Of a DNA stretch of 64,000 nucleotides, positions 43,098-52,105 are shown piece after piece. The notes under the pieces were generated by a model, which was given only the letters and a program-made list of their open reading frames with translations, was not told where the DNA came from and ran no database searches. A program made the translations under genes and the position numbers. How positions within the stretch are numbered: the first letter of the stretch is position 1; every line of letters begins with the position of its first letter. The stretch comes from an uncultured Verrucomicrobiae bacterium (GTDB lineage: Bacteria > Verrucomicrobiota > Verrucomicrobiia > Chthoniobacterales > Terrimicrobiaceae), in NCBI GenBank assembly GCA_963706955.1, contig CAVPOC010000010.1, forward strand, positions 128,001 through 192,000, in the 5' to 3' direction.

Positions 43098-43370
43098 GCG
43101 GGTTGATTGTTAAGGTTGATGGCGTTCTGGCGACGGCGTCCGTCCCGTCGATGGGGATTGCTGGAGAGGACACGCGTCCCGGCAACTAGTGCTCGGCGTC
43201 CGCGTAAGCGGCACGTTGCCGCAGCGCGGCTCACTGTGCTCGCTGAACACGGTTTTCCCTGCGATCGCCGGAAATTGGCAGGCGCGCCGCCTACGCAGCC
43301 GAAGACGCGATTCATCACCGGGCGCTAATCTCGCCGTGCGCCGCACCGAATTACGTATTGCAACGATGCT
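43098..43370 (+). repeat. Composite interspersed repeat (heptamer + palindromes, family B-related)
   Basis: Homologous to the reverse complement of 44790-45056 (GGTTGATTGTT..., GAACACGGT...GCGATCGCCGGAAAT, CGCGATTCA). Confidence 0.7.
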
Positions 43371-43391
43371 GCTTCGAGATAGCCATGCTTC

Positions 43392-44559
43392 TCAAATCTC
43401 TGGCTGAAAGTCCAGCCAGCCGCCGCCCTGGGCATGCGAGCTAACCGCGGCCTCGACAAAGGCCATCCCGCGGGCGCCATCCTCAACCGTCGGCGCCCAT
43501 AAGGCGAGTGGATCGGGCGGCGTCCCCCGCTGCCGCGCCGCCAGGATGTCTGCATAATCGCGATAGAGCGTCGCAAACGCCTCGAAAAACCCCTCCGGCA
43601 AGCCGGCCACGATGCGAGTCGCACGGCAGGCCGCGGGTGACAATCCACCCTGGCCGCGCACCAGCGTGCAGGCCGCTTGTCCCTGCAGAGCGACGGTTAG
43701 CTGGTCGGGATCGCTCTGTTGCCAGCGGAGGTGTCCTTTTTCCCCATAGACGCGGAGCCTTAATCCGACATGCTCGCCGGCGGCCACCGCTGAGACCCAC
43801 ATCGCGCCGCTGGCACCATTATCGTGACGAAGGAGGATATGCGCATTGTCCTCAAGCCGTCGTCCCGGCACCATCGTCTGCAGGTTCGCCGCCACCGCGA
43901 CTACACGGCGCTGAGTGACGAATTCGCTGAGGTGGAGACAATGGGTGCCGAGATCGCCGACGATAAATGAGCCGCCGGATTGCGCTGGATCGGTGCGCCA
44001 CGCTGCCTGCTTGCTCTCGCCCTCGCTTGGTCCGGATAGCCAGCCGAGCGCGAATTCGACTTGGACAATGCGAACCGAACCAATCTCACCTGCCTCAATG
44101 AGCCACCGCGCCTGCCGCACCATCGGATAGCCTGTATAAGCGTAAGTAATGCCGAGCAAGCGCCCGGTTCGCCGGACGGTGGCGACAAGGTCGCGCGCTT
44201 CGGCAAACGTTGTGGTCAAGGGCTTATCGCAGATCACGTCGATGCCCGCTTCGAGAAATTCCTTGCAAATCGCGTGGTGCGAGGCGTTCGGCGTGACGAC
44301 ACTGACCACGTCAATGCCATCCTCCCGCGCCGCCTCGGCCTGCGCCATGGTCCGGTAATCGGTGTAACAACGCTTTGGATCAAGTCGCAGGTCGTGCCCC
44401 GATTCGATCGCTCTTTGCGGGTCGGAGTTGAGGGCACCGGCCACCAGTTCGTAGCGATCGTCCAGCCGTGCCGCGACCCGATGCGTTTCCCCGATGAAGG
44501 CACCGCGTCCGCCACCGACCATGCCAAGGCGTAAGCGATCAGGTACAGAGTAGTGTCAT
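43392..44559 (-). CDS. Gfo/Idh/MocA-family oxidoreductase (possible 1-nt indel near start)
   Basis: RLRLGMVGGGRGAFIG, CDKP, WRTDP, GDLGTH; ATG 44559 is 37 nt upstream of in-frame ATG 44522. Confidence 0.88.
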
Positions 44560-44789
44560 ATAATCCTCGAGTGGATACGAATGTGTTCGGCGCTCCAAGC
44601 GCTGCCGAGCTCGAGGTGGAAGTGTCACAAGAGCCTTCCTCCGAGTCAAACACCGGCTGCAACGGCCCAGGGCCCCGCGGATGCAGAAGAAAACCAAACG
44701 CTGAAGGCGCGATTCATCCGCTGTAGCGCCTAGGTGGGCCCATCGTGAACGAGCCCTCGACGTCGACGAGCTCTCGCGACAGGCGGCCC

Positions 44790-45056
44790 CGAGTCGGTGA
44801 GTTCCGCGCGCAACGCTTGCACCACCGCCGCAACTCGGCGCAACGCGATGCCCGGCGCGTCCGTTGGTGAATCGCGCCCTCTGCTACGGACGCGCGGCGT
44901 GGGCCATTTCCGGCGATCGCGAAGAATACCGTGTTCGGTCGCACGCCGAACACACACACGCGTGGACGCGCGTGCTCCCGAGCGATATCGTCGACGGCGA
45001 GAACGCCGTCGCTCAACGCCCATCAACCCTCAACAATCAACCATCAACAGCCGCTT
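44790..45056 (-). repeat. Composite interspersed repeat, inverted relative to the 43098 and 48566 copies
   Basis: Ends in CATCAACCCTCAACAATCAACCATCAACAGCCGCT; contains CACGCGTGGACGCGCGTGCTCCC. Confidence 0.7.
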
Positions 45057-45121
45057 AAGTCGACCAGGTTGGGACAACGTGTCATTGCACAAGCTTTTCC
45101 TTCGTGCCATGAATCGACAAG

Positions 45122-45898
45122 ATGTTGAAATTGCTTGGCAGGCAAACGCTTCACGTAATTTCCGGTTTCGGCGATTTCGCACTTTTTACTGGGACGTCGT
45201 TCAGCTCTGCGGTGAAGTCGCGCCGGCTTGCGCGTCGGATCGGCCGTGCCGTGTATGAACAAGGGGCACTCTGCCTGCCGGTGGTGCTCATCGTCGGGAC
45301 GTTCACCGGCTTGGTCCTGGGACTGCAGGGCTATTACGTGCTCAATCGTTTCAGTGCCGAGGGTCTGTTGGGCGCGCTGGTTTCGCTCAGTCTGGTGCGG
45401 GAAATGGCGCCGGTGTTGACCGCTCTGGTCTTGGTCGGCCAGGCGGGATCGGCGCTGGCGGCCGAGCTTGGCATTCAGCGCAATACCGAGCAGATCGTGG
45501 CCCTTGAGACGATGGGAGTGAGCAGTCACGGCTATCTCATAGCGCCTCGCTTGATTTCAGCGCTTTTCGTGTTTCCGATTCAGACCGCGCTCTTCGTGGC
45601 GGTCGGCCTATGGGGCGGCAGCCTGTCGGGCTCTCTGCTCCTCGGGGTGGAACCGGGCATCTACTGGTCGTCGGTGGAGCGCGCGGTCGAATCGCGGGAT
45701 GTGAGGGAATGTTTCTCGAAAGCCGCCATTTTCGGCCTGTTGACTATCAGTATCTGCGCCTACAACGGCTTCAACGCGCATCGTTGTCGCTCGGCGACGG
45801 GCGCCCGGGCGGTCAGTGCGTCGACCACGCGCGCGGTGGTCCACTCCAGCATTATCATTCTCGCGGCAGACTACGTGATTACCTCGTTTCTGGTCTGA
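45122..45898 (+). CDS. mlaE: MlaE ABC permease
   Basis: REMAPVLTAL...GSALAAELG...TEQI.ALE.MG, STTRAVV. Confidence 0.9.
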   Translation: MLKLLGRQTLHVISGFGDFALFTGTSFSSAVKSRRLARRIGRAVYEQGALCLPVVLIVGTFTGLVLGLQGYYVLNRFSAEGLLGALVSLSLVREMAPVLTALVLVGQAGSALAAELGIQRNTEQIVALETMGVSSHGYLIAPRLISALFVFPIQTALFVAVGLWGGSLSGSLLLGVEPGIYWSSVERAVESRDVRECFSKAAIFGLLTISICAYNGFNAHRCRSATGARAVSASTTRAVVHSSIIILAADYVITSFLV

Positions 45899-46710
45899 TG
45901 ATGAGCATCGTCGCCCAAGATCTGCTGCTGCAGGTGGAAAACCTCCACAAGCGCTTCGACGACCACGTGGTCCTGGCGGGGGTCGGAGTCGAGGTGGCGC
46001 GGGGAAGCGTTTTCACGCTCCTTGGTCCCAGCGGCGCGGGCAAGTCTGTGTTTCTGAAGTGCCTGGCTGACGTTATCCAACCGGACGCCGGACGAATCAT
46101 CTTTGAGGGCCGTCCCCTCAGTTCCGGTGATCCGGCCGGGCGAGCGAAGTTTCGCCGGCGCTGCAGTTTCCTCTTTCAAAACAACGCCCTCTTCGATTCG
46201 CTATCGGCTTTGGAAAATGTGGCCCTCCCGCTTGAACAGACAACCAACCTCACGGACCAGGAAATCCGCAAGCGCAGCCGTGAAGCTTTGCGGCAACTGG
46301 AGATTGATGATCATGCAGATCACTATCCGAGTCAGCTTTCCGGTGGCATGCAGAAACGTCTCGCCCTGGCGCGTGCGATCGTTACCCGACCCGAACTCGT
46401 TTTCTTCGACGAACCAACGGCCGGCCTTGATCCGCTGCGACGCAATGCGGTCTTCGCGATGATCGCCAAGTATCAACGCCAGTTCAATTTCACGGCATTG
46501 ATCGTCACCCACGATGTGGACGAAGCACTGGTCGCCAGCGATCGTGTCGCGCTCCTTGATCAGGGGCGCATCTGCTTCGCAGGCACTCCTGCGGAATTCT
46601 CGGCCTCAACAAATCCCATTGTGCGTGCTTTCCGCGACAGCGCTGAGGCATTGGAGAGCTCGCTTTCGGCTATTCGCCGCGGAGGCAACTTCCTTCCCGA
46701 TGAATCATGA
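45898..46710 (+). CDS. mlaF: MlaF ABC ATPase
   Basis: GPSGAGKS, ALFDS, LSGGMQKR, DEPTAGLDP. Confidence 0.9.
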   Translation: MMSIVAQDLLLQVENLHKRFDDHVVLAGVGVEVARGSVFTLLGPSGAGKSVFLKCLADVIQPDAGRIIFEGRPLSSGDPAGRAKFRRRCSFLFQNNALFDSLSALENVALPLEQTTNLTDQEIRKRSREALRQLEIDDHADHYPSQLSGGMQKRLALARAIVTRPELVFFDEPTAGLDPLRRNAVFAMIAKYQRQFNFTALIVTHDVDEALVASDRVALLDQGRICFAGTPAEFSASTNPIVRAFRDSAEALESSLSAIRRGGNFLPDES

Positions 46711-47183
46711 AACATAATCGACTTGAGCTCCCTGTCGGAATCTTCGTCCTGCTGGGGATTGCTGCCGCCGCCTACCTGACGGTGAAACTAGGTTCGGGAT
46801 CGCTCATCGGCGGCGACACCTACCTGCTCGAGGCGCGATTTGCCAACGCCGGAGGCTTGCACATTGGCAGCAGCGTGCTGGTCGCAGGCGTTGCTGTCGG
46901 ACGTGTCGACGCAATGCGAGTGGACCCGACAGATTACAGCGCCATTGCGACGCTTCGCATCCTGACCGATCTTCGACTCCCTACCGACTCGATGGCCTCA
47001 ATCAAGACCACTGGACTGATCGGCGACAAGTATGTCTTTCTTTCTCCGGGTGCGGACGAGACATTCCTGCAACCCGGCACGAGAATCACGATGACGGAAT
47101 CTTCTGTCGATCTCGAGTCGTTGCTTGGTAAGATGGCTTTCGGCACTACCGACAAGGAAACAGAAGAAAGCCCTCCACCGTGA
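46707..47183 (+). CDS. mlaD: MlaD MCE-domain protein
   Basis: VGIFV TM, ARF.NAGGL, GV.VGRV, TTGLIGDKY. Confidence 0.92.
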   Translation: MKHNRLELPVGIFVLLGIAAAAYLTVKLGSGSLIGGDTYLLEARFANAGGLHIGSSVLVAGVAVGRVDAMRVDPTDYSAIATLRILTDLRLPTDSMASIKTTGLIGDKYVFLSPGADETFLQPGTRITMTESSVDLESLLGKMAFGTTDKETEESPPP

Positions 47184-47767
47184 ACCTACTCTATCGCCTG
47201 CTCCTCGCTGCCTTGATCGTCGTTTTGCTGCCCGCTGCCTCAACCTCGACGGCCGAGGCCGAGAAGCGCCTGCAAGTCGCCATCAACGATGTCGTCGCCG
47301 TCGCCGATCGCTCGCCGAACAGCAGCGCATTGGCGGGGAGTCTGCGACCGGTTTTGGAAAAGTACATCAGCTTTAGCGCGATGACTCGTCGAGCGATAGG
47401 TCCCGGCTGGCGCCAGTTTACGGACGATCAGCAGAAGAAGGCGACCCAGCTCTTCACAAGCTTGCTCATCCGCACCTACAGCAAAAAGCTGACTCCCGGC
47501 GAATATCCGGTGATCAAATTCAAGACCGCGTCAAATCCCGCACCTGGCCGCGTAGAGATCCCTACCACCCTGAATTATAAGGGGAGTCAATACAATGTCA
47601 CCTATCGGATGGAGGAGGCCGAGGGTTGGCGAATCACCGATGTTTTGATCGAAGGAGTAAGCTTCGTGGCAAACTACAGAACTCAGTTTGATGCTCAATT
47701 CAAGAAAGGCGGCTCGACCGCAGTCATCGATGCGCTTTCTCAATCCGTGGCCAACGTCCCAAAATGA
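47180..47767 (+). CDS. mlaC: MlaC/Ttg2D periplasmic lipid shuttle
   Basis: MTRRAIG..W, WRITDVLIEGVS.VANYRTQF. Confidence 0.9.
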   Translation: MNLLYRLLLAALIVVLLPAASTSTAEAEKRLQVAINDVVAVADRSPNSSALAGSLRPVLEKYISFSAMTRRAIGPGWRQFTDDQQKKATQLFTSLLIRTYSKKLTPGEYPVIKFKTASNPAPGRVEIPTTLNYKGSQYNVTYRMEEAEGWRITDVLIEGVSFVANYRTQFDAQFKKGGSTAVIDALSQSVANVPK

Positions 47768-48564
47768 AACGCCCTCCATCGATCCTGCCTTTTCTCGTTG
47801 CCTTCGGGTTAGTTCCGCTTCTCGGGGCCTGCACCTCCCCTCCGCGCAAGCCAGCAGAAACTGCGCCGGTTGCTGCCGTCCGAACCGATAACGTCAAAGC
47901 GAAGCCAGCCAACGTTGAGCACAACGATCTGGAGGAATACGATGTCGACTTGGTGCCAGACCCCTTGGAGCCGATCAACCGGGTAACTTTCTCGGTCAAT
48001 CATCAGATTTATAGGTTCGTGCTCCGCCCCATTTCTAAAGGCTATGAGAAAATTGTGCCCACGCCGGTGCGCAAGGGCATCCGCAACGCGTACGAGAACG
48101 TGAGGTTCCCGGTTCGCCTCGTTAACAATGCACTACAGGGAAATTTCACGCGTGCGAGGCAAGAGCTGGAGAAGTTTCTTATCAATACTTCAATTGGCGT
48201 GGGCGGAATCATCCGTCAGTCCGATCGGATCCCATCCCTGGCCGAGGTGCCGCCGACAGACACTGGTGTGACGTTTGCCAAATGGAAGATGAGCAGTGGC
48301 CCCTACCTCGTTCTGCCTCTGCTGGGGCCGAGTACTTTTCGAGACACTGTCGGCTTGGCGGGCGACTGGGCTTTAAATCCGGTGAGTTGGGTGACAATCG
48401 CCTCTGGCGAACTCTGGCTGTTGGCCATTCCCTACACAAATACTTTACGTTCGTTGCCCGAACAACTTAGTGCATACGACTCCGCCACCGAGAATGCCTT
48501 GGATCGCTATCTCGCCGCGCGCAGCGCGTATATCCAATATCGCAACCAGGCCGCCTCGAGATAA
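47764..48564 (+). CDS. mlaA: MlaA/VacJ lipoprotein
   Basis: Lipobox LLGAC, DPLEPINR, GPYLVLPLLGPST.RD, Y...RSAYIQYR. Confidence 0.92.
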   Translation: MKRPPSILPFLVAFGLVPLLGACTSPPRKPAETAPVAAVRTDNVKAKPANVEHNDLEEYDVDLVPDPLEPINRVTFSVNHQIYRFVLRPISKGYEKIVPTPVRKGIRNAYENVRFPVRLVNNALQGNFTRARQELEKFLINTSIGVGGIIRQSDRIPSLAEVPPTDTGVTFAKWKMSSGPYLVLPLLGPSTFRDTVGLAGDWALNPVSWVTIASGELWLLAIPYTNTLRSLPEQLSAYDSATENALDRYLAARSAYIQYRNQAASR

Positions 48565-48565
48565 C

Positions 48566-48890
48566 AGCGGCGGTTGGTGGTTGATTGTTGAGGGCTGCTG
48601 GACGTTTTTGCGACGGCGCTGCCGTCGTTGAGTGTTCGTTCCGCCGTCGGTGGCTCGTTCGTCGACAGGCGATTCTGGGGAGCACACTCGTCCGGTGGCG
48701 ACACTTTGCGAAGCACATTCGCCTGGGCGAGTCATTTGTTCTCAAAGCAAGTGTTCGAATGCTCGCGTGCGACGTTTTATGGGGAGCATACGCGTCCCCC
48801 GCGTGTGGTGCTCGGCGTCCCGCAGCACGGGGTTTCCGGCGAGACGCCGGAAATCGCACGCGGGGACGCTGCGGGACGCGTGCGCTCCCC
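48566..48890. repeat. Composite repeat plus family B palindrome (48781-48890)
   Basis: AGCGGCGGTTGGTGGTTGATTGTTGAGGG mirrors 45021-45055; GGGGAGCATACGCGTCCC...GGGACGCGTGCGCTCCCC. Confidence 0.72.
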
Positions 48891-48896
48891 GAAATA

Positions 48897-49817
48897 TCAC
48901 GGCCCCAGCTTCAGGGTCGGCTGCCAGGCTGGCGCGCTTGCCGCTGAGGCGAGTCCCAGAACGGTTTTGAGGCGGAGGGCTGCCTTCGGAGCATAGAGCG
49001 AATGATTGTTATTGAAGGCGACGCGAACATCTTCGGTATCTTCGGCGAGTTTTCGCACGCGGTCGGCTACTTCGTCGATTTCCTGGTCTGAATAGTCATA
49101 GTTGAAGCGCTCCGCGACGCTTCGACCAGAGATATAGGCCCGCGCATTCCTCCCGTGGAGGCGCAAGTAAGCGAGCTTGGGATTCGTAATCTGATTTTCT
49201 GTTTGCATCACCGTGAAGTGCTCACTCTGCGGCGCGTCAACCAGGACCAAGGCCAACTCCCTGCTTCGAAAGAACTGCAGGGTGGCATCCCGATGAGCAT
49301 CGATAAGCCAGTTGCGGTTGCGAAGTTCAACGGCCAGACGCCAATCACGCAAGAGGGATAGCAAATGATCAAGCTCATCGAGCTTGTGGTTGCGCGGGGA
49401 GAATGCCGGACTCAGCTGCAGCAGAAACACGCCCAACTTACCTGCCTCGCTGAGAGGTTCGATTTCCTGGAGAATCCGCGCGGTGACAACGAGCTCCAGC
49501 TCCGGCGTTACAATCAGATTGCCGCCGGGGTTGCTTCGAGCCAAGCGACGAAGATCCGGCGGCAGCGACACGATCTTGACGGCATGCCGTGAGAGCAAGC
49601 CATGAAGCTTGATGTCAAAAAGAAAATCCTCGGGAGTCTCGGAATCCCAGCGCTGAACTACTTTCCGCGGGGGTATCGCGTAGAAGGTTGAATTGACTTC
49701 GACATAGTCAAAATGCTCCGCGTACCAACCAAGACGCGCAGCTGCCGGAAGCTTGGGTGGATACCAGTCGCGCACGAATTCGGGGTCGGTCCAGCTCGAG
49801 GTGCCAATGCGAATCAT
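48897..49817 (-). CDS. DUF72 (YecE-like) protein
   Basis: IGTSSW, VEVNSTFY, AVELR, YLRLHGRN, FNN. Confidence 0.92.
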   Translation of the reverse strand: MIRIGTSSWTDPEFVRDWYPPKLPAAARLGWYAEHFDYVEVNSTFYAIPPRKVVQRWDSETPEDFLFDIKLHGLLSRHAVKIVSLPPDLRRLARSNPGGNLIVTPELELVVTARILQEIEPLSEAGKLGVFLLQLSPAFSPRNHKLDELDHLLSLLRDWRLAVELRNRNWLIDAHRDATLQFFRSRELALVLVDAPQSEHFTVMQTENQITNPKLAYLRLHGRNARAYISGRSVAERFNYDYSDQEIDEVADRVRKLAEDTEDVRVAFNNNHSLYAPKAALRLKTVLGLASAASAPAWQPTLKLGP

Positions 49818-49989
49818 GACAAGACAAAGCTCGGACCGGCAGCGAAAATGAAAAGCGGAATTCGTGAGGGTTGTGTGTGTCGAGCGCCCAGCGAAATCCA
49901 CAGGCGCTTGGCACAAGCGCCTCCACAAATCTTCTAACGCTCTAGCGGTAGCTTTAATCTAGCGCACAGCGGAGTTAGAAACGCATTGC

Positions 49990-50051
49990 TGTAGCGACGG
50001 TGTCCGCACCGTCGGGGCTGCCTCATCGGCGGCGGGGACGCCGCCGCTACA
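49990..50051. repeat. GTAG-type REP-like palindrome (family A)
   Basis: TGTAGCGACGGTGTCCGCACCGTCG...CGGCGGCGGGGACGCCGCCGCTACA. Confidence 0.75.
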
Positions 50052-50066
50052 ATTTCGCGCCGTTCT

Positions 50067-50801
50067 TTAGGCGCTCGAACCTGTGCCGCTCTCCATCCGT
50101 TCTTTAAAACGCCCGAGGTCGGTTTCGAGTTGCTGGTCCGGAGCGGAACCGAGCAGATGGGCGAGGAAGGCGCCCGCCTTGCCCGCGGGCGGAAGATATT
50201 CGAGGACGACTCTCACCCGTGTCGACTGGCCATCACCGATCGGTTCGAAACGAACCGACCCGGCGCTTTGCACGTCGGACCCGGGCAGTGACTGCCAGGC
50301 AATGAGCTCGCCCGGTTTTTCGTTGATGAATTCGGCATCCCATTCCACCTGCTTTCCGAGGGGGCCGGCGACGACCCAATGCGATCGGGAATCCTCAACG
50401 GTCACAGAAACAACGTGGGGCATGATCTCGGGCAAATTCGTGAGCTGGTGCCAAAAATGGTAAAGCTCCATCGGCGACCGGCGGACCTCCACGCTCTTGT
50501 CAACTTTCACCCCAACATCCTCAGGCACGCCACGACGGTCGCTGCTGTTGCCTGCCGTATCAATACCAAGCCGCCGATAACCCTCGCACTTGCCGGTCAC
50601 ACCACGATGGACCAGAAAAGCTCCGAGAAGGGTCAGAACTCCACCAAATACTCCCCGGAGTTTGACGCCGCAGGTGAACAAGGCCAGTCCTGCAATCACG
50701 GAACCGACTCGCTCCGGGGGCCCGACATTGGGCAGCGGCTTTGACCCCTCCTTGGTTACAACGCCTCGGAGATTTCGAAAAGGGGCATATGTATGGGTCA
50801 T
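50067..50801 (-). CDS. DUF2892 + SRPBCC (cyclase/dehydrase) protein
   Basis: NVG..ER, RGVTGKC.GY, W..L.NLP..M.HV, IAWQS, DL.RFKE.ME.G. Confidence 0.88.
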   Translation of the reverse strand: MTHTYAPFRNLRGVVTKEGSKPLPNVGPPERVGSVIAGLALFTCGVKLRGVFGGVLTLLGAFLVHRGVTGKCEGYRRLGIDTAGNSSDRRGVPEDVGVKVDKSVEVRRSPMELYHFWHQLTNLPEIMPHVVSVTVEDSRSHWVVAGPLGKQVEWDAEFINEKPGELIAWQSLPGSDVQSAGSVRFEPIGDGQSTRVRVVLEYLPPAGKAGAFLAHLLGSAPDQQLETDLGRFKERMESGTGSSA

Positions 50802-50961
50802 CGAGCGTATGAATTGGATGTTGCGTTCATCATTGATGCGGACAGGGCCTCAGCATCGTTGGCGAGGTTCCTTTCTGCCTTCGCGCGCCACCCACACCTT
50901 GGCCGTGAAAAACCCTTTTTCGACGTAATTCGATCTAAGCCTGGTCCAGCGGCTCGTGCCA

Positions 50962-51918
50962 CTAGAGCCGCTCAAGGATTTCGCGGAGGAGTTTCACGTC
51001 GTAGGCAGCGCTACTGGCGGTCTCGGCGAGACGGTCCGCGAGCGGGGTGTTTTCAAGCTCGCGCTGTTGCTGCGCGAGTCCTTCATTAATGGCGATGCGT
51101 TCGTTGAGTGTGCGCACGGCGATCCAGAGCGCTCGTTCCAGCGCATCCGTATGGGCCGCCGTTAGACTCTCAGGAGAAAAGCTGTGGCCGATCTGACAGT
51201 CGAACTTGATGAGCTTGCCCTCTCTGGTCTCATAAAGAGGTCCGTTGCATTCCGGGCAGACGAACGACACCGCATCGTCACGAAAGCCCGGCTTTTTCTC
51301 CTGGCTCATGTTCCGCTTGTTTCCTTTCTCTTTTCCGTTTTTCTGCACAAGTCGAATTCGGGACTGGGTCAATTTCCCCAGCAGTGCTGGCATCTCAGCC
51401 AGGGGAACGCAATGGTCGACGTCCACATTGCGCAAGGCGCTCCTTGGCATGCCGGCATCCAAAGCTTCACGGGGATCCTGCACAATCGCTATACCGCCGC
51501 GATTCTTTATGGCGAAAAGTCCCGCTGACCCGTCGTCCAGTCCCCCCGTCAAGATGACGCCGATGACCCGCTCGCGGTAAGCGCGCGCGGCGCTCCGGAA
51601 AAGAGGATCGATGGCCGGTCGGTGACGGTTCTCCCGCGGCCCGCGCGAGAGAGAGATCTGGCCATTGTTGAGGAGGAGGTGCCGGTCTGAGGGAGCCACG
51701 TAAGCGCGTCCGCGTTTGATCTTTTCTCCTTCGCGAGCCTCCGCAACTGGCATGGCGCCACAGCGATTGAGGATGCTGCCAAGGGCACTCGCTCCGCCAA
51801 CGTGCATCACGACGAAGAGCGAGGCTGGAAGATCCCGCGGAAGCTCCCGCAGTAGCTTGCAAAGCGCGTCTAGGCCCCCAATGGACGCTCCGATAACGAT
51901 AATATCGCGGTTGGGCAA
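50962..51918 (-). CDS. cheB: Stand-alone CheB methylesterase (no REC) with C-terminal CxxC...CxxGH extension
   Basis: GASIGG, MH, RPAIDPLF.S, TGGLDDG; CPECNG and CQIGH. Confidence 0.88.
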   Translation of the reverse strand: MPNRDIIVIGASIGGLDALCKLLRELPRDLPASLFVVMHVGGASALGSILNRCGAMPVAEAREGEKIKRGRAYVAPSDRHLLLNNGQISLSRGPRENRHRPAIDPLFRSAARAYRERVIGVILTGGLDDGSAGLFAIKNRGGIAIVQDPREALDAGMPRSALRNVDVDHCVPLAEMPALLGKLTQSRIRLVQKNGKEKGNKRNMSQEKKPGFRDDAVSFVCPECNGPLYETREGKLIKFDCQIGHSFSPESLTAAHTDALERALWIAVRTLNERIAINEGLAQQQRELENTPLADRLAETASSAAYDVKLLREILERL

Positions 51919-52105
51919 AAGAATTTCCTTTCAGCCTTTAAGATCGCACCAAACACGAGCAATGTCTGGGTCTAAGAATTTTTGACCAGGGACTCTTGAT
52001 TGTTGCCGAGAAGAGCCGTCGTCAGCCGCGGCTGGTGAGTGAGGATGGCAAAGTCCGCGCGGAGCCTTTTAGGCCTCTGGCTTTACTTGTCAGAGGGGCC
52101 GCGCA

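Noticed and set aside
43110..45258. ORFs in 43.1-43.4 kb and 44.7-45.2 kb (also 26.45-26.77 and 48.45-49.0 kb)
   Set aside because: They translate GC-rich palindromic repeats; Arg-rich with no domain signal
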